Part shown: in pieces, positions 9,559-18,326 of the stretch
How the letters are laid out: each line of letters begins with the position of its first letter
How positions within the stretch are numbered: position 1 is the first letter of the stretch
Virus record (IMG/VR): IMGVR_UViG_3300036791_001093
Coordinates: 1 to 59,212 of that record
Origin: a virus
Taxonomy: Duplodnaviria > Caudoviricetes
Length of the DNA: 59,212 nucleotides
Direction: 5' to 3' (one strand)
The notes under the pieces: model-generated
Database searches by the model: none
Seen by the model: the letters and a program-made list of their open reading frames with translations, nothing else
Told to the model about the DNA's origin: nothing
Translations under genes and position numbers: made by a program

Positions 9559-10272
9559 ATGGCCTTCCATGTTCGCTGCAACTTCAATCGTATCCAGTCT
9601 TATGCCCAGGCCTTGACGGCCTGGGAATATGGCGTGATCTTCCGCAACGCGCCAGCGCTGCGCGGGCTGGTCAATAAACGCAAGAAACATCTTACGGTTA
9701 GACAAACAGAGTCAGGGGATATCGTCCTGCAGCTGTACGGTCATGACACCGTGACCTGGCACAAAGACAACTCGGTGACTATTCGCGCACATCCTACACG
9801 ATCGACAATCGTGTTTGCTAACCATTGTACGCCCATGAGTATGTTCGTGGGGATGTGCGGCGGATACTTCTCCGTTACAGTTGACGGACGTACTTACAAA
9901 GTGGAGGACTGGATTAGATTCCGGCAGCGCGATAATACCTGGAAGGCAGATCAGATCACGCCATGGTCTATCCCTGCCGTCAACCGCGAGCGCGCCCGGC
10001 AAGCGCTCGACGAAACGGGTTACAAAGAGTTCCGAGTTTGGTTCCAGGTTTATGTGCAGATGGCTGTAGTATCGCAGGATGTTAATCCACTCATCAGGTA
10101 CAGGACTGGTACTGAAGTTGTTGATCTGTTGCGTCAGCGTAAATGGCGCGAGTTGGCCATGTGTTTCCAGAACTCCTGGGGACGCCCCGATCAGGCGTTG
10201 GACGCCGTACGACAGGCGATCTACCACGAATATAATTGCATGGAGCACAAGTCTGTGCCGTTCCTGGGGTGA
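9559..10272 (+). CDS. hypothetical protein
   Basis: Start-associated repeat; 237 aa. Confidence 0.75.
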   Translation: MAFHVRCNFNRIQSYAQALTAWEYGVIFRNAPALRGLVNKRKKHLTVRQTESGDIVLQLYGHDTVTWHKDNSVTIRAHPTRSTIVFANHCTPMSMFVGMCGGYFSVTVDGRTYKVEDWIRFRQRDNTWKADQITPWSIPAVNRERARQALDETGYKEFRVWFQVYVQMAVVSQDVNPLIRYRTGTEVVDLLRQRKWRELAMCFQNSWGRPDQALDAVRQAIYHEYNCMEHKSVPFLG

Positions 10273-10277
10273 TCGAA

Positions 10278-12974
10278 ATGAGAATCGCGGCCTTCGATAT
10301 AGAAACTAGCGGCGAGCTCCATGAGCATGCCCTTCAGCCTTGGCGCGTGCGTCAGGGCAAAGCCTGGTTGACGAGCTTGGCCTGGGTGTGGCGCCAGGAC
10401 GGTAAGACCCTCCATGATGGGGGGTTATTGTCCTCCCCATTGGAAACGACTCAGATGATCCGCGCCATGCTGGCGTGGGCGATCGAGAATGAGTCCATAC
10501 TGGTGGGGTGGAACGTCGTTTTCGACATTGCATGGCTCTATGCCTACGGCGAAAAGGACGCTGCCATCCTTGGGCTTCTTGACAAGGTCCGTTTTCTCGA
10601 TGCGATGCTGCTGTGGCGGCATTTAGATATCGAACCGGACTATGACCACAACCAGCACAGCTACAGCCTCAAGACGGCGGTGCCATTGTTCTTTCCGCAA
10701 TATGCCGGGTACGAAGCTGATATCGACTACCACGGAACGGACCCCGAGCAGCTTGCAAGACTCCATGAGTACAACATCAAGGACTGCGTCTTCACGCTGC
10801 GGCTGGCCTGGAAGTTCTGGAAGGGGTTAACTCACTCTCAACAGATCGTAGCCATAACCGAGGCCGCTTCGTTCAAGATGATCGCCCGCGCCAATCTGGA
10901 GGGGCTCACCGTAGACACGCTGGAGGCCGGCAATCTTTCCGCGTGCCTCAAGCAGGTCGCGGCCGCCAGGCTGGAAAGCCTGGCGCCACATGGCATCACC
11001 GAGAAGATCGTACGCTCGCCCAAGCAACTGGGTGAAGTTCTTTATGACCAGTGGAAACTCCCTGTGCACAACCTCACTCCTTCCGGCGCTCGATCTACTG
11101 ACAAGGTCAGTCTGCACCGGCTGGCGCTCAGGGACATCCGCGTCAAGCAGATCAAGGAATACCGCGAGGCGCTGAACAACGATACCAAGTTCGCACAGGC
11201 CCCTCTCAAATCATGCGCCTACAACGGCGACAGCCGTTCGCATCCGCAGATGAAGGTGTTCGGTACGTACAGCGGACGATGCACCTACGGTTCCAAGCAG
11301 GGCAAGAACAAAGGCACGCGGCAAATCGGATTCGCGCTGCATCAAGAGAAGCGTGATCCGGTGTTCCGCCGGATCATCGTGCCGCCGCCGGGGTTCACCT
11401 TGATGGAGTTCGACGCCGCCGGCCAGGAGTATCGCTGGATGGCAATCGCTTCTCGCGATGGGACCATGCTCAAGTTGTGCCAGCCAGGTCAGGACCCACA
11501 TGCCTACATGGGCTCAAGGATCGACCGCACACTTACTTACAAGCAGATTCAGGAGAATGCCAAGGTCATCGGATCGCCGGAGGCCAACGCACGTCAATGC
11601 GGTAAGGTTGTGAATTTGTGCGTCGCTAGAGATACCAAGATATTGACCGATCGTGGGTATGTCGCTATACAGAATGTCAAGTGCGATGATCTGGTTTGGG
11701 ATGGTGTCGAGTTTGTTACCCATAGTGGTGTTGTCTGTAGTGGCTATCGACCAGTTATCTCCTATCAAGGATTAACAGCAACACCAGAACATGGAGTGTT
11801 AGTTGATGGCGAGTGGGTCTCGCTTGAGGAAGCCGCCGCGCATGGTTGGACCATCTCATCCGAATTGGGCGCGGGATGGGCGGGTAAAGCGTGGGCAGCG
11901 TTTTGGATCGTGGATGGTGTTATCCAGCGTACCGTTCGAGAAAAGTGGCGCGCTCTATGTACGAGCACGTTGTGCCTGTGGCATCGAGCGAGAAGCCAAT
12001 CTTCGTTTCATGGAGACTGGACGATCAACGCAATGCAAAGCATGCGCTTCACGACAAGTGAATGCACGACGGGGGCGGTTTATTGTCCGCAGCGTAACAG
12101 ACAAGCGTTTACAAAAACGGGTCAACGCTTGGTTTCAGAGATGCAACAATCCGAAGGATCAAAGCTATCACAACTACGGCGGACGTGGGATCGAATGTCG
12201 ATTTGGTTCGGTTCGCGAAGCTATAGAGTGGGTCAAGAAACATCTACCGCATCCGACATATTTGAGACTCGACATCGGCCGGATCAACAACGATGGGTAT
12301 TACGAGCCCGGCAACCTGCGCTTAGAGACACGCTCGCAAAACCTACTAAACAGACGCAAGCGTATGTCTATGACATCGTGAACTGTGGACCACGATCCAG
12401 GTTCGCCGCCAATGGACTTATCGTACACAACTCTAGCCAATACCGAGTTGGTTCCAAGAAGCTTCAGCAGATTGCTGAGGTTGACTACGGCATTCGGCTG
12501 TCGCTTGAAGAGGCGCAGCGCATTCAGAAAGTTTACCTGGCGGCTTATCCAGGGCTTCAGCGATATTGGGCCAACCAAATTCAGTCGGCAGAAGCCAATG
12601 GATACGTTGAGACTATCGCTGGCCGCCGGGTCAAGCTGACTGGTTGGCGGGATGGTCATTGGAGTTGGCAGGTAGAAAGTACGGCGATCAACTATCGCAT
12701 CCAGGGAACAGGGGCTGACCAGAAATATCTCGCCCTGCGCTGTGTGCGGGAGTATCTCAATACGATCGGCGCAAGATTTGCGTGGGACCTGCACGATGGG
12801 CTCTATTTCTATGTGCCTACACCAAGGGTGGAAGAGGCGGCGCACGAGATCAAAGACATCTTCGATAACCTCCCTTACGAGGCTGTCTGGCGTTTCAAGC
12901 CGCCGATCCCGATGCCATGGGACTGCAAGGTAGGCCCCAGCTGGGGCGGTCTGAGACCATTCGAGTTTAGTTGA
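10278..12974 (+). CDS. polA: family A DNA polymerase (3'-5' exonuclease plus polymerase), intein-containing
   Basis: ExoI FDIETSG, ExoII GWNVVFD, TYSGR, motif A EFDAAGQEYR, motif B KVVNL/SSQY, NYRIQGTGAD, motif C LHDG. Confidence 0.95.
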   Translation: MRIAAFDIETSGELHEHALQPWRVRQGKAWLTSLAWVWRQDGKTLHDGGLLSSPLETTQMIRAMLAWAIENESILVGWNVVFDIAWLYAYGEKDAAILGLLDKVRFLDAMLLWRHLDIEPDYDHNQHSYSLKTAVPLFFPQYAGYEADIDYHGTDPEQLARLHEYNIKDCVFTLRLAWKFWKGLTHSQQIVAITEAASFKMIARANLEGLTVDTLEAGNLSACLKQVAAARLESLAPHGITEKIVRSPKQLGEVLYDQWKLPVHNLTPSGARSTDKVSLHRLALRDIRVKQIKEYREALNNDTKFAQAPLKSCAYNGDSRSHPQMKVFGTYSGRCTYGSKQGKNKGTRQIGFALHQEKRDPVFRRIIVPPPGFTLMEFDAAGQEYRWMAIASRDGTMLKLCQPGQDPHAYMGSRIDRTLTYKQIQENAKVIGSPEANARQCGKVVNLCVARDTKILTDRGYVAIQNVKCDDLVWDGVEFVTHSGVVCSGYRPVISYQGLTATPEHGVLVDGEWVSLEEAAAHGWTISSELGAGWAGKAWAAFWIVDGVIQRTVREKWRALCTSTLCLWHRARSQSSFHGDWTINAMQSMRFTTSECTTGAVYCPQRNRQAFTKTGQRLVSEMQQSEGSKLSQLRRTWDRMSIWFGSRSYRVGQETSTASDIFETRHRPDQQRWVLRARQPALRDTLAKPTKQTQAYVYDIVNCGPRSRFAANGLIVHNSSQYRVGSKKLQQIAEVDYGIRLSLEEAQRIQKVYLAAYPGLQRYWANQIQSAEANGYVETIAGRRVKLTGWRDGHWSWQVESTAINYRIQGTGADQKYLALRCVREYLNTIGARFAWDLHDGLYFYVPTPRVEEAAHEIKDIFDNLPYEAVWRFKPPIPMPWDCKVGPSWGGLRPFEFS
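11619..12431 (+). mobile_element. intein (271 aa) inserted in polymerase motif B
   Basis: Begins CVARDTKILT, block B TPEH, ends VYDIVN..FAANGLIVHN followed by +1 Ser. Confidence 0.95.
11842..12381 (+). CDS. HNH homing endonuclease encoded in the +1 frame inside the intein
   Basis: GAGGA SD at 11826, ATG at 11842; GQRFG, CACG, CKAC, RCNNP, YHNYGGRGI, IGRINNDGYYEPGNLR; same family as 4480-5058. Confidence 0.85.
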   Translation: MVGPSHPNWARDGRVKRGQRFGSWMVLSSVPFEKSGALYVRARCACGIEREANLRFMETGRSTQCKACASRQVNARRGRFIVRSVTDKRLQKRVNAWFQRCNNPKDQSYHNYGGRGIECRFGSVREAIEWVKKHLPHPTYLRLDIGRINNDGYYEPGNLRLETRSQNLLNRRKRMSMTS

Positions 12975-13026
12975 CCGCGAAAGGAAGGTGATGCCTATTG
13001 GACACGGCCCGACCGATTTTAATAGA

Positions 13027-13056
13027 TCGCCCCCACCACCATGGTGGTGGGGGCGA
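13027..13056. repeat. perfect 30-bp palindrome
   Basis: TCGCCCCCACCACCA|TGGTGGTGGGGGCGA. Confidence 0.9.
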
Positions 13057-13075
13057 CGCAAAGGGACTAACCATC

Positions 13076-13612
13076 ATGCGCTATCATGCAATTTATGCCG
13101 ACCCGCCGTGGTCGTTCCGCACCTGGAGCGCGCGGGGCCGCGGCCGGGCAGCGGAGCGTCACTACAGGTCACACTCCACACTCGACACGATCAAGAGGCT
13201 GCCGATCCAAAACCTCGCTGCCAAGGACTGCGCGTTATTCCTGTGGGCAACCTGGCCCAACCTTGACGATGCCCGCGAGGTTATCGCATCGTGGGGATTC
13301 ACCTACAAGACCTGCGCGTTCCTGTGGGTAAAACAAACCAAGCGCGGTAACGGGTTGCACTTTGGTTTGGGGTACTGGACTCGTGCTAACTCCGAGCCGT
13401 GCCTGCTTGCGACTTGCGGCAAGCCCAAACGGCTTCATGCTGATGTCCCGCAGATTATTCTTGAGCCTGTGCGCGAGCATAGCCGCAAGCCTGACTGCGT
13501 ACGTCAGCGGATCGAGAGACTTGTTGCTGGGCCGCGTATCGAATTATATGCCCGCAATTCCGATCATCTTGGGTGGGATTTCTGGGGAGACGAGATAGAG
13601 AGGTTCCAATGA
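13076..13612 (+). CDS. MT-A70 family N6-adenine methyltransferase
   Basis: IYADPPW, LFLWAT, WGFTYKT, WVK, GYWTRANSE, HSRKP, IELYAR, WGDE. Confidence 0.92.
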   Translation: MRYHAIYADPPWSFRTWSARGRGRAAERHYRSHSTLDTIKRLPIQNLAAKDCALFLWATWPNLDDAREVIASWGFTYKTCAFLWVKQTKRGNGLHFGLGYWTRANSEPCLLATCGKPKRLHADVPQIILEPVREHSRKPDCVRQRIERLVAGPRIELYARNSDHLGWDFWGDEIERFQ

Positions 13613-14004
13613 CTAAGCAAATATGTAGACCCTACGGAGCAATGTATTCCGATGGAGCTTATGACAGGTTCATCGCTCAAGGCTGGAAATATATCTCGAC
13701 TGCTTATTGTCTGCACTGGATCAGTACAGGGCGTCGTTGTCGCTGCCTTGGCGGCGATCGGGCCTTTTCATGGATGGATCATGTTTCAGGTTATACCCGT
13801 GAAGGCAAGGACGGGATGGAGCGGCTTCTTCTATGTCAACCATATTTTCTCAACGATCCTGAGACGCTGATCGCAGCGGCTGAAGAATTCAATCTGGAAG
13901 TCGCTATCAGTGGTCGTGGATGGTATGGCCACGGCACCGTGACCATTGAACTGCGACCTCGTGAGGTTCCCAATGACCAGCTATCTGATCAACACCAGGA
14001 CTGA
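13609..14004 (+). CDS. hypothetical protein
   Basis: ATGA coupling; motifs WMDH, QPY, SGRGWY. Confidence 0.7.
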   Translation: MTKQICRPYGAMYSDGAYDRFIAQGWKYISTAYCLHWISTGRRCRCLGGDRAFSWMDHVSGYTREGKDGMERLLLCQPYFLNDPETLIAAAEEFNLEVAISGRGWYGHGTVTIELRPREVPNDQLSDQHQD

Positions 14005-14161
14005 CCGCAAGTTCGAGATCATCGCGATCGACCGCAAGAAGAACGTGCTCACGCTGCGTGGCGAGACCGGCGGCGTGTTCGAGGAACCTTACGACAAACA
14101 GCACCTGAAAGAACTGGGTTACACTTACGTGCAGAAAGACGAGTCACAAGATGCCGAATAG
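13973..14161 (+). CDS. small hypothetical protein
   Basis: GAGG SD; 62 aa. Confidence 0.65.
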   Translation: MTSYLINTRTDRKFEIIAIDRKKNVLTLRGETGGVFEEPYDKQHLKELGYTYVQKDESQDAE

Positions 14162-14429
14162 CCCGGCCGTGCCAGGATCAAAACTGTTACACGATGTAAC
14201 ACCCCGGCCAAATGGAAAGGACGAGGGACTCGATCCGAAGATTACCAGGATGGTCGAGTTCCTCGATCGGGCGATCCGGACCCAGGACCCGACTGTTGGC
14301 GTTGTCGTGGCCGCTTTTGGCGTTTTGCTTGGAACTAAAGTCCTGAGCCATGAGCACCTCGAACGCATGGTCAACGATCTATCGATGGCAACCCGCGTCG
14401 GTTTCTATCTCAGCCGCAAGGACAAATGA
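14151..14429 (+). CDS. hypothetical protein
   Basis: 92 aa in the operon; contains palindrome copy 5. Confidence 0.6.
   Translation: MPNSPAVPGSKLLHDVTPRPNGKDEGLDPKITRMVEFLDRAIRTQDPTVGVVVAAFGVLLGTKVLSHEHLERMVNDLSMATRVGFYLSRKDK
14185..14201. promoter_or_regulatory. 17-bp palindromic site, copy 5 (intragenic)
   Basis: TGTTACACGATGTAACA. Confidence 0.7.
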
Positions 14430-14430
14430 A

Positions 14431-15000
14431 ATGTCGTTGAAGCATATCATGTTGGATATCGAAACATGGGGGACATCTCCCTACTCGGTCATCATCATGA
14501 TCGGGGCATGCGTGTTCGACCCATATGCTTCCCAGCCGGACGAGATCATCGCGGACCGCTTCGAGGTCGCGATTGACCCAGCCAGCTCTGCTGGCTTGCG
14601 TACTGATGCCAAGGCTGTGCTGTGGTGGATGGACGGCGCGCGCGACGAGGCCCGGCGTATCTGGCTGGGCAAACCCAAACTATCGCTGTACGCGGCGCTG
14701 GATGGCTTTACCGACTGGCTGCTGTCGCACTCTGTCGGTGACGTTCAATGCGGCAACCTGCGCATCTGGGGCAATGGCAGCGACTTCGATAATGTCCTTT
14801 TGCAGCACGCCTATGAAGTCGCCTCGCGCGAAGTGCCATGGAGCTTCCGGCATAACCGGTGCTTTCGCACCTTGCGCAACCTATTAACGTTCGAGGAAGG
14901 TCACTACCTGGGCACGGCGCATACCGCCTTGGCTGATGCCGAGAACCAGGCGATCCGCGCCAACCAGATCGTCCGCCTTCTTGGAATGAGACTGACATGA
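14431..15000 (+). CDS. DEDDh 3'-5' exonuclease (Rv2179c/ExoVIII N-terminal-like)
   Basis: MLDIETWG, WGNGSDFDN, RCFRTL, HTALADA. Confidence 0.9.
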   Translation: MSLKHIMLDIETWGTSPYSVIIMIGACVFDPYASQPDEIIADRFEVAIDPASSAGLRTDAKAVLWWMDGARDEARRIWLGKPKLSLYAALDGFTDWLLSHSVGDVQCGNLRIWGNGSDFDNVLLQHAYEVASREVPWSFRHNRCFRTLRNLLTFEEGHYLGTAHTALADAENQAIRANQIVRLLGMRLT

Positions 15001-15674
15001 AACCTCTGCCTTGGAGCCCGAGCGCGCTGGATACGTTCCGGAACTGCCCCGAGCAGTACCATCACCGTTACGTGCTCAAGGACTTACCGCCCGAGGAAAA
15101 GTCTGCGGAACAGATTTATGGGGAGTCGGTGCATGAGGCCTTTGCCGATCGGCAAAGGCCGAAGCGTACAAGGCTGCCAAGCAACCTGTATGAGGCGCAT
15201 GAACCATTCATGCGCATCCTGGATGTCCAGCCAGGAAGGTTGTTCGTCGAGCATAAGGTAGCGCTTGCAAAGGATTTAGCGCCCTGTGATTGGGACGACG
15301 AGGCCGTGTGGTGCCGCATGATCATCGACTACCTGCGAGTCGACGCAAGGAGTCGCTATGCGTGGATCGTGGATTACAAAACCGGAAGACCCCATAGAAA
15401 ATTCAACCAGCTGGTTATCTACGCGCTGTGGACATTCCAGGAATTCGGTTATGTCGACTCGATCGAGGTCACGTTTTACTGGACGAAGAGTGGCCTGACA
15501 ACCAATAAGACCTGGTCCCGCGACCAGGTGCCTGAGCTTTGGAACGAACTGGTTGGCGACCTGCGCCAGTACAAGGAAGCGTATCGTTCCGATACGTGGC
15601 AGATGCGCCCCTCGGGTCTTTGCAATGGATGGTGCCCAGTTATTGGATGTAAATATTGGAGGCCTAAAAGATGA
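14997..15674 (+). CDS. PD-(D/E)XK (Cas4/RecB-like) exonuclease
   Basis: WSPSAL..CP, IDYL..VDYKTG, QL..YA, C-terminal CxxCP..C. Confidence 0.9.
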   Translation: MKPLPWSPSALDTFRNCPEQYHHRYVLKDLPPEEKSAEQIYGESVHEAFADRQRPKRTRLPSNLYEAHEPFMRILDVQPGRLFVEHKVALAKDLAPCDWDDEAVWCRMIIDYLRVDARSRYAWIVDYKTGRPHRKFNQLVIYALWTFQEFGYVDSIEVTFYWTKSGLTTNKTWSRDQVPELWNELVGDLRQYKEAYRSDTWQMRPSGLCNGWCPVIGCKYWRPKR

Positions 15675-16141
15675 ACCTGCGCATGTACGCGATCTGGATT
15701 TTCACCGGCCGCGACTGCGCACGGCGGGAGATCAGAATGATGAGAAAACCAAAGCCCAGCGACCAGACTGAAGCCTACATCAAGAAGCAAGTCCGAGAAA
15801 TCCTTAAGGATACCGGCTGGAAATTCTGGATGCCGAGCGCTGGCATCTATGGCCGCAATGGTGTGAGTGATTTTCTCGCTGTAAAAAAGCCGTGGCTGTT
15901 CATGGCGATCGAAACCAAGTACGACGATGTGCCGACCGTACCTCAGCTTGAGTTCCTTGGAGACATTCACGATGCAGGACACTATGCGTTCCTGGTGGAC
16001 GAGACCAATGTCGAGGTATTACGTGAGGTGCTTCTATCCAACTTTCTCGATCCACGGCGGCATCCAAACTATAATCTTCTCATGACATGGAGAATCGCGA
16101 ACACTCCCATCGACATTCGAATACGCAAGCCCAGCATATAA
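15671..16141 (+). CDS. VRR-NUC family nuclease / Holliday junction resolvase (start may be 15737)
   Basis: TEAYIKKQV, GVSDFL, AIETK, PT..Q. Confidence 0.85.
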   Translation: MNLRMYAIWIFTGRDCARREIRMMRKPKPSDQTEAYIKKQVREILKDTGWKFWMPSAGIYGRNGVSDFLAVKKPWLFMAIETKYDDVPTVPQLEFLGDIHDAGHYAFLVDETNVEVLREVLLSNFLDPRRHPNYNLLMTWRIANTPIDIRIRKPSI

Positions 16142-16156
16142 ACAAAGGAAACCAGC

Positions 16157-16303
16157 ATGGTGATCACTACGTGGCTATGTGATTTCTGTGGTTGGCTCAA
16201 CGACAATAACCCCGGACCGTGCCGGAAATGCGGCGGTCGAAAGAAAGTGACTGACCATGCTGATCCATCAACCAACCAGAAGCGTCGTATTAAAAGTACG
16301 TGA
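16157..16303 (+). CDS. 48-aa RanBP2-type zinc-finger microprotein (absent from the ORF track)
   Basis: AAGGA SD; WLCDFCGWLNDNNPGPCRKC = W-x-C-x2-C-x3-N-x6-C-x2-C. Confidence 0.6.
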   Translation: MVITTWLCDFCGWLNDNNPGPCRKCGGRKKVTDHADPSTNQKRRIKST

Positions 16304-17813
16304 TCCAGCAAAGGTGCTGGCAGCGTTCCCGGGACTAAGCCGCCCGATCGATGCCGACGAAGGCAACGTTCAGATCAAGCACACGTTGGAGACGACGTTC
16401 AAACTTAACGAGTTTGGAATCAACGTGCCTTCGCCGATCCTTTACCAGTATAACTGGCCTGGCAAGTACACACCCTTTGAGCATCAAAGGCCAATGGCGG
16501 ACTTTCATATCCGTAATCCCAAGAACCTGAATCTCTCGGAGATGGGCGTCGGCAAAAGCTTCGCAGTGTTGTGGGCAGCCGACTATCTCATGCAGCTCAA
16601 ACAAGTAACCAAGGCACTTATTCTTGCTCCGCTCTCCATCCTGGAGACCGTCTGGCAGCAGGACATTTTCGACGTGCTGATGCATCGCTCATGCGTGATC
16701 ACTCATGGCGACCGCGAGTATCGACTTAAGGCGATGTCAATGGATGTGGATTTCTACATCGCCAACCATAATATGATTGCTCATAAAGAAGTCGCGACGG
16801 CGGTACGCCGGCGTAAGGACATCGACCTTATCATCCTCGACGAGGCGTCTTTCTTTCGCAACAGCCGGAATTTAACTTACAAGTTCTTTGCTTGGGCGAC
16901 TGAGAACAAGAAGCGGGTGTGGCTGCTGACTGGTACGCCGTGTCCCAATGCGCCGACCGATGCCTGGGCGCTTGCCCGCTTGGTGTGCCCGGCGCGCGTG
17001 CCCAGGTTCTTTGGTGCGTTCCAGCGCATGACCATGCGGCAGGTGAGTGAGTACAAATGGCGGCCCGTAAACGGTTCCGACAAAATCGTCTTCGACGCCT
17101 TGCAGCCGGCATGGCGCATCCGCAAGAAGGACTGTCTGAGCCTGCCGCCTCTGACTGTCACCAACCGCCGGACCCAGCTCACGGCGGATCAGAAATCAGC
17201 CTACAAGATCATGCAGGATCATATGATCCTGCAGCGTAAGACGACAAAGATTACCGCAGTGAATGCTGCGGATGCCATCAACAAGCTCAGGCAGATTTGC
17301 TGCGGTGCTGTGAAGATATCCGAGGGTCTCTACGAGACCCTCGATCATTCGATCAGGTTGAAGGAGCTGATTTCCGTAATCAATCAGGCCGCAGCCAAGG
17401 TGATCGTGGTGGTTCCTTTCAAGGGGATCATTCGTGCATTGGAAAGTGAGTTACAAAAGCTTTTCACGCTTGCCGTCCTCAACGGCGACGTGCCCATCAG
17501 GCAGCGCAACCGGATCATTCGTGAATTCAAATCCGGACCTGATCCTCGTCTGTTGCTGTGCCATCCCAAAGTCATGAGTCATGGATTGAATCTGACAGAG
17601 GCTGACACGACGGTTTTCTATGCGCCGATCTACAGTCACGATGATTACGCACAAGTAATCGAACGGTTCAATCGTGCAGGGCAGACCAACAAAATGACGG
17701 TGGTTCGCATATTTGCAAACTCACTGGAGTCTGATATATATGCACTATTGGATAATCGTGCGTTGAACCAGGATAGTATATTACGACTCTACGAGAAGGT
17801 GTGTGGTAACTAA
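16257..17813 (+). CDS. SNF2-family (SF2) helicase
   Basis: EMGVGKS, ILDEA, LTGTP, HGLNLT, Q..ER..RAGQ. Confidence 0.93.
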   Translation: MLIHQPTRSVVLKVRDPAKVLAAFPGLSRPIDADEGNVQIKHTLETTFKLNEFGINVPSPILYQYNWPGKYTPFEHQRPMADFHIRNPKNLNLSEMGVGKSFAVLWAADYLMQLKQVTKALILAPLSILETVWQQDIFDVLMHRSCVITHGDREYRLKAMSMDVDFYIANHNMIAHKEVATAVRRRKDIDLIILDEASFFRNSRNLTYKFFAWATENKKRVWLLTGTPCPNAPTDAWALARLVCPARVPRFFGAFQRMTMRQVSEYKWRPVNGSDKIVFDALQPAWRIRKKDCLSLPPLTVTNRRTQLTADQKSAYKIMQDHMILQRKTTKITAVNAADAINKLRQICCGAVKISEGLYETLDHSIRLKELISVINQAAAKVIVVVPFKGIIRALESELQKLFTLAVLNGDVPIRQRNRIIREFKSGPDPRLLLCHPKVMSHGLNLTEADTTVFYAPIYSHDDYAQVIERFNRAGQTNKMTVVRIFANSLESDIYALLDNRALNQDSILRLYEKVCGN

Positions 17814-17848
17814 CTGAACCAAAGGAAGAAAGAAGGAAAGGTAAGCAC

Positions 17849-18247
17849 ATGACTGACCAACCGAAGCTTGACAAGATAACGGCAACGTACATCAAGATCA
17901 GAGACAAGCGCACAGCTTTGAAGCGGGAATACGAGGCCGAAGACCAGAAGCTGAAAGATCAGCTTGAAACTCTTGATGGTTTCTTGCTGGGAACGCTGCG
18001 CGATCTAGGTGTCGAAAGCCTGAAAACAAAACACGGAACAGTGTACCAATCTGTCTCGGTCAAACCGAGCTGTGGAGACTGGAACGGCTTCTATGCCTGG
18101 ATAGCGGAGCACGAGGCATTCGACGCGCTCGAACGCCGCGTCAAGAAATCCTTCATTGTAAATTATATGGAGGATAACTCCGGCGAATTACCGCCGGGGA
18201 TAACTGTGCTGCAAGAATACACGATCACAGTTCGACGTAGTTCCTAA
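17849..18247 (+). CDS. conserved coiled-coil phage replication-module protein
   Basis: YIKIRD, SLKTKHGT, DW..FY, LERRV, LPPG; sits between helicase and SSB. Confidence 0.75.
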   Translation: MTDQPKLDKITATYIKIRDKRTALKREYEAEDQKLKDQLETLDGFLLGTLRDLGVESLKTKHGTVYQSVSVKPSCGDWNGFYAWIAEHEAFDALERRVKKSFIVNYMEDNSGELPPGITVLQEYTITVRRSS

Positions 18248-18259
18248 GATATACTCATA

Positions 18260-18290
18260 GGGTCCTTGGAAAGGTTCCAGCCAGGGACCC
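18260..18290 (+). terminator. intergenic stem-loop GGGTCCTTGG...CCAGGGACCC
   Basis: 10-bp stem including a G:U pair; no clear U-tract. Confidence 0.35.
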
Positions 18291-18326
18291 TCATTCGATC
18301 ATGGAACAAGCAAGAAGGAACTTAGC

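Larger units (their letters stand above)
5071..9561 (+). repeat. Start-associated 16-bp repeat GGAGTGACTGA(C/A)CATG at about 11 consecutive early genes
   Basis: Copies at 5071, 5317, 5668, 5849, 6286, 6678, 6894, 8091, 8280, 9183, 9546; another at 16244. Confidence 0.85.

Noticed and set aside
14997-15674. Cas4-like nuclease as evidence of a CRISPR-Cas system
   Set aside because: No other cas genes and no repeat-spacer array; this family is routine in phage replication modules.
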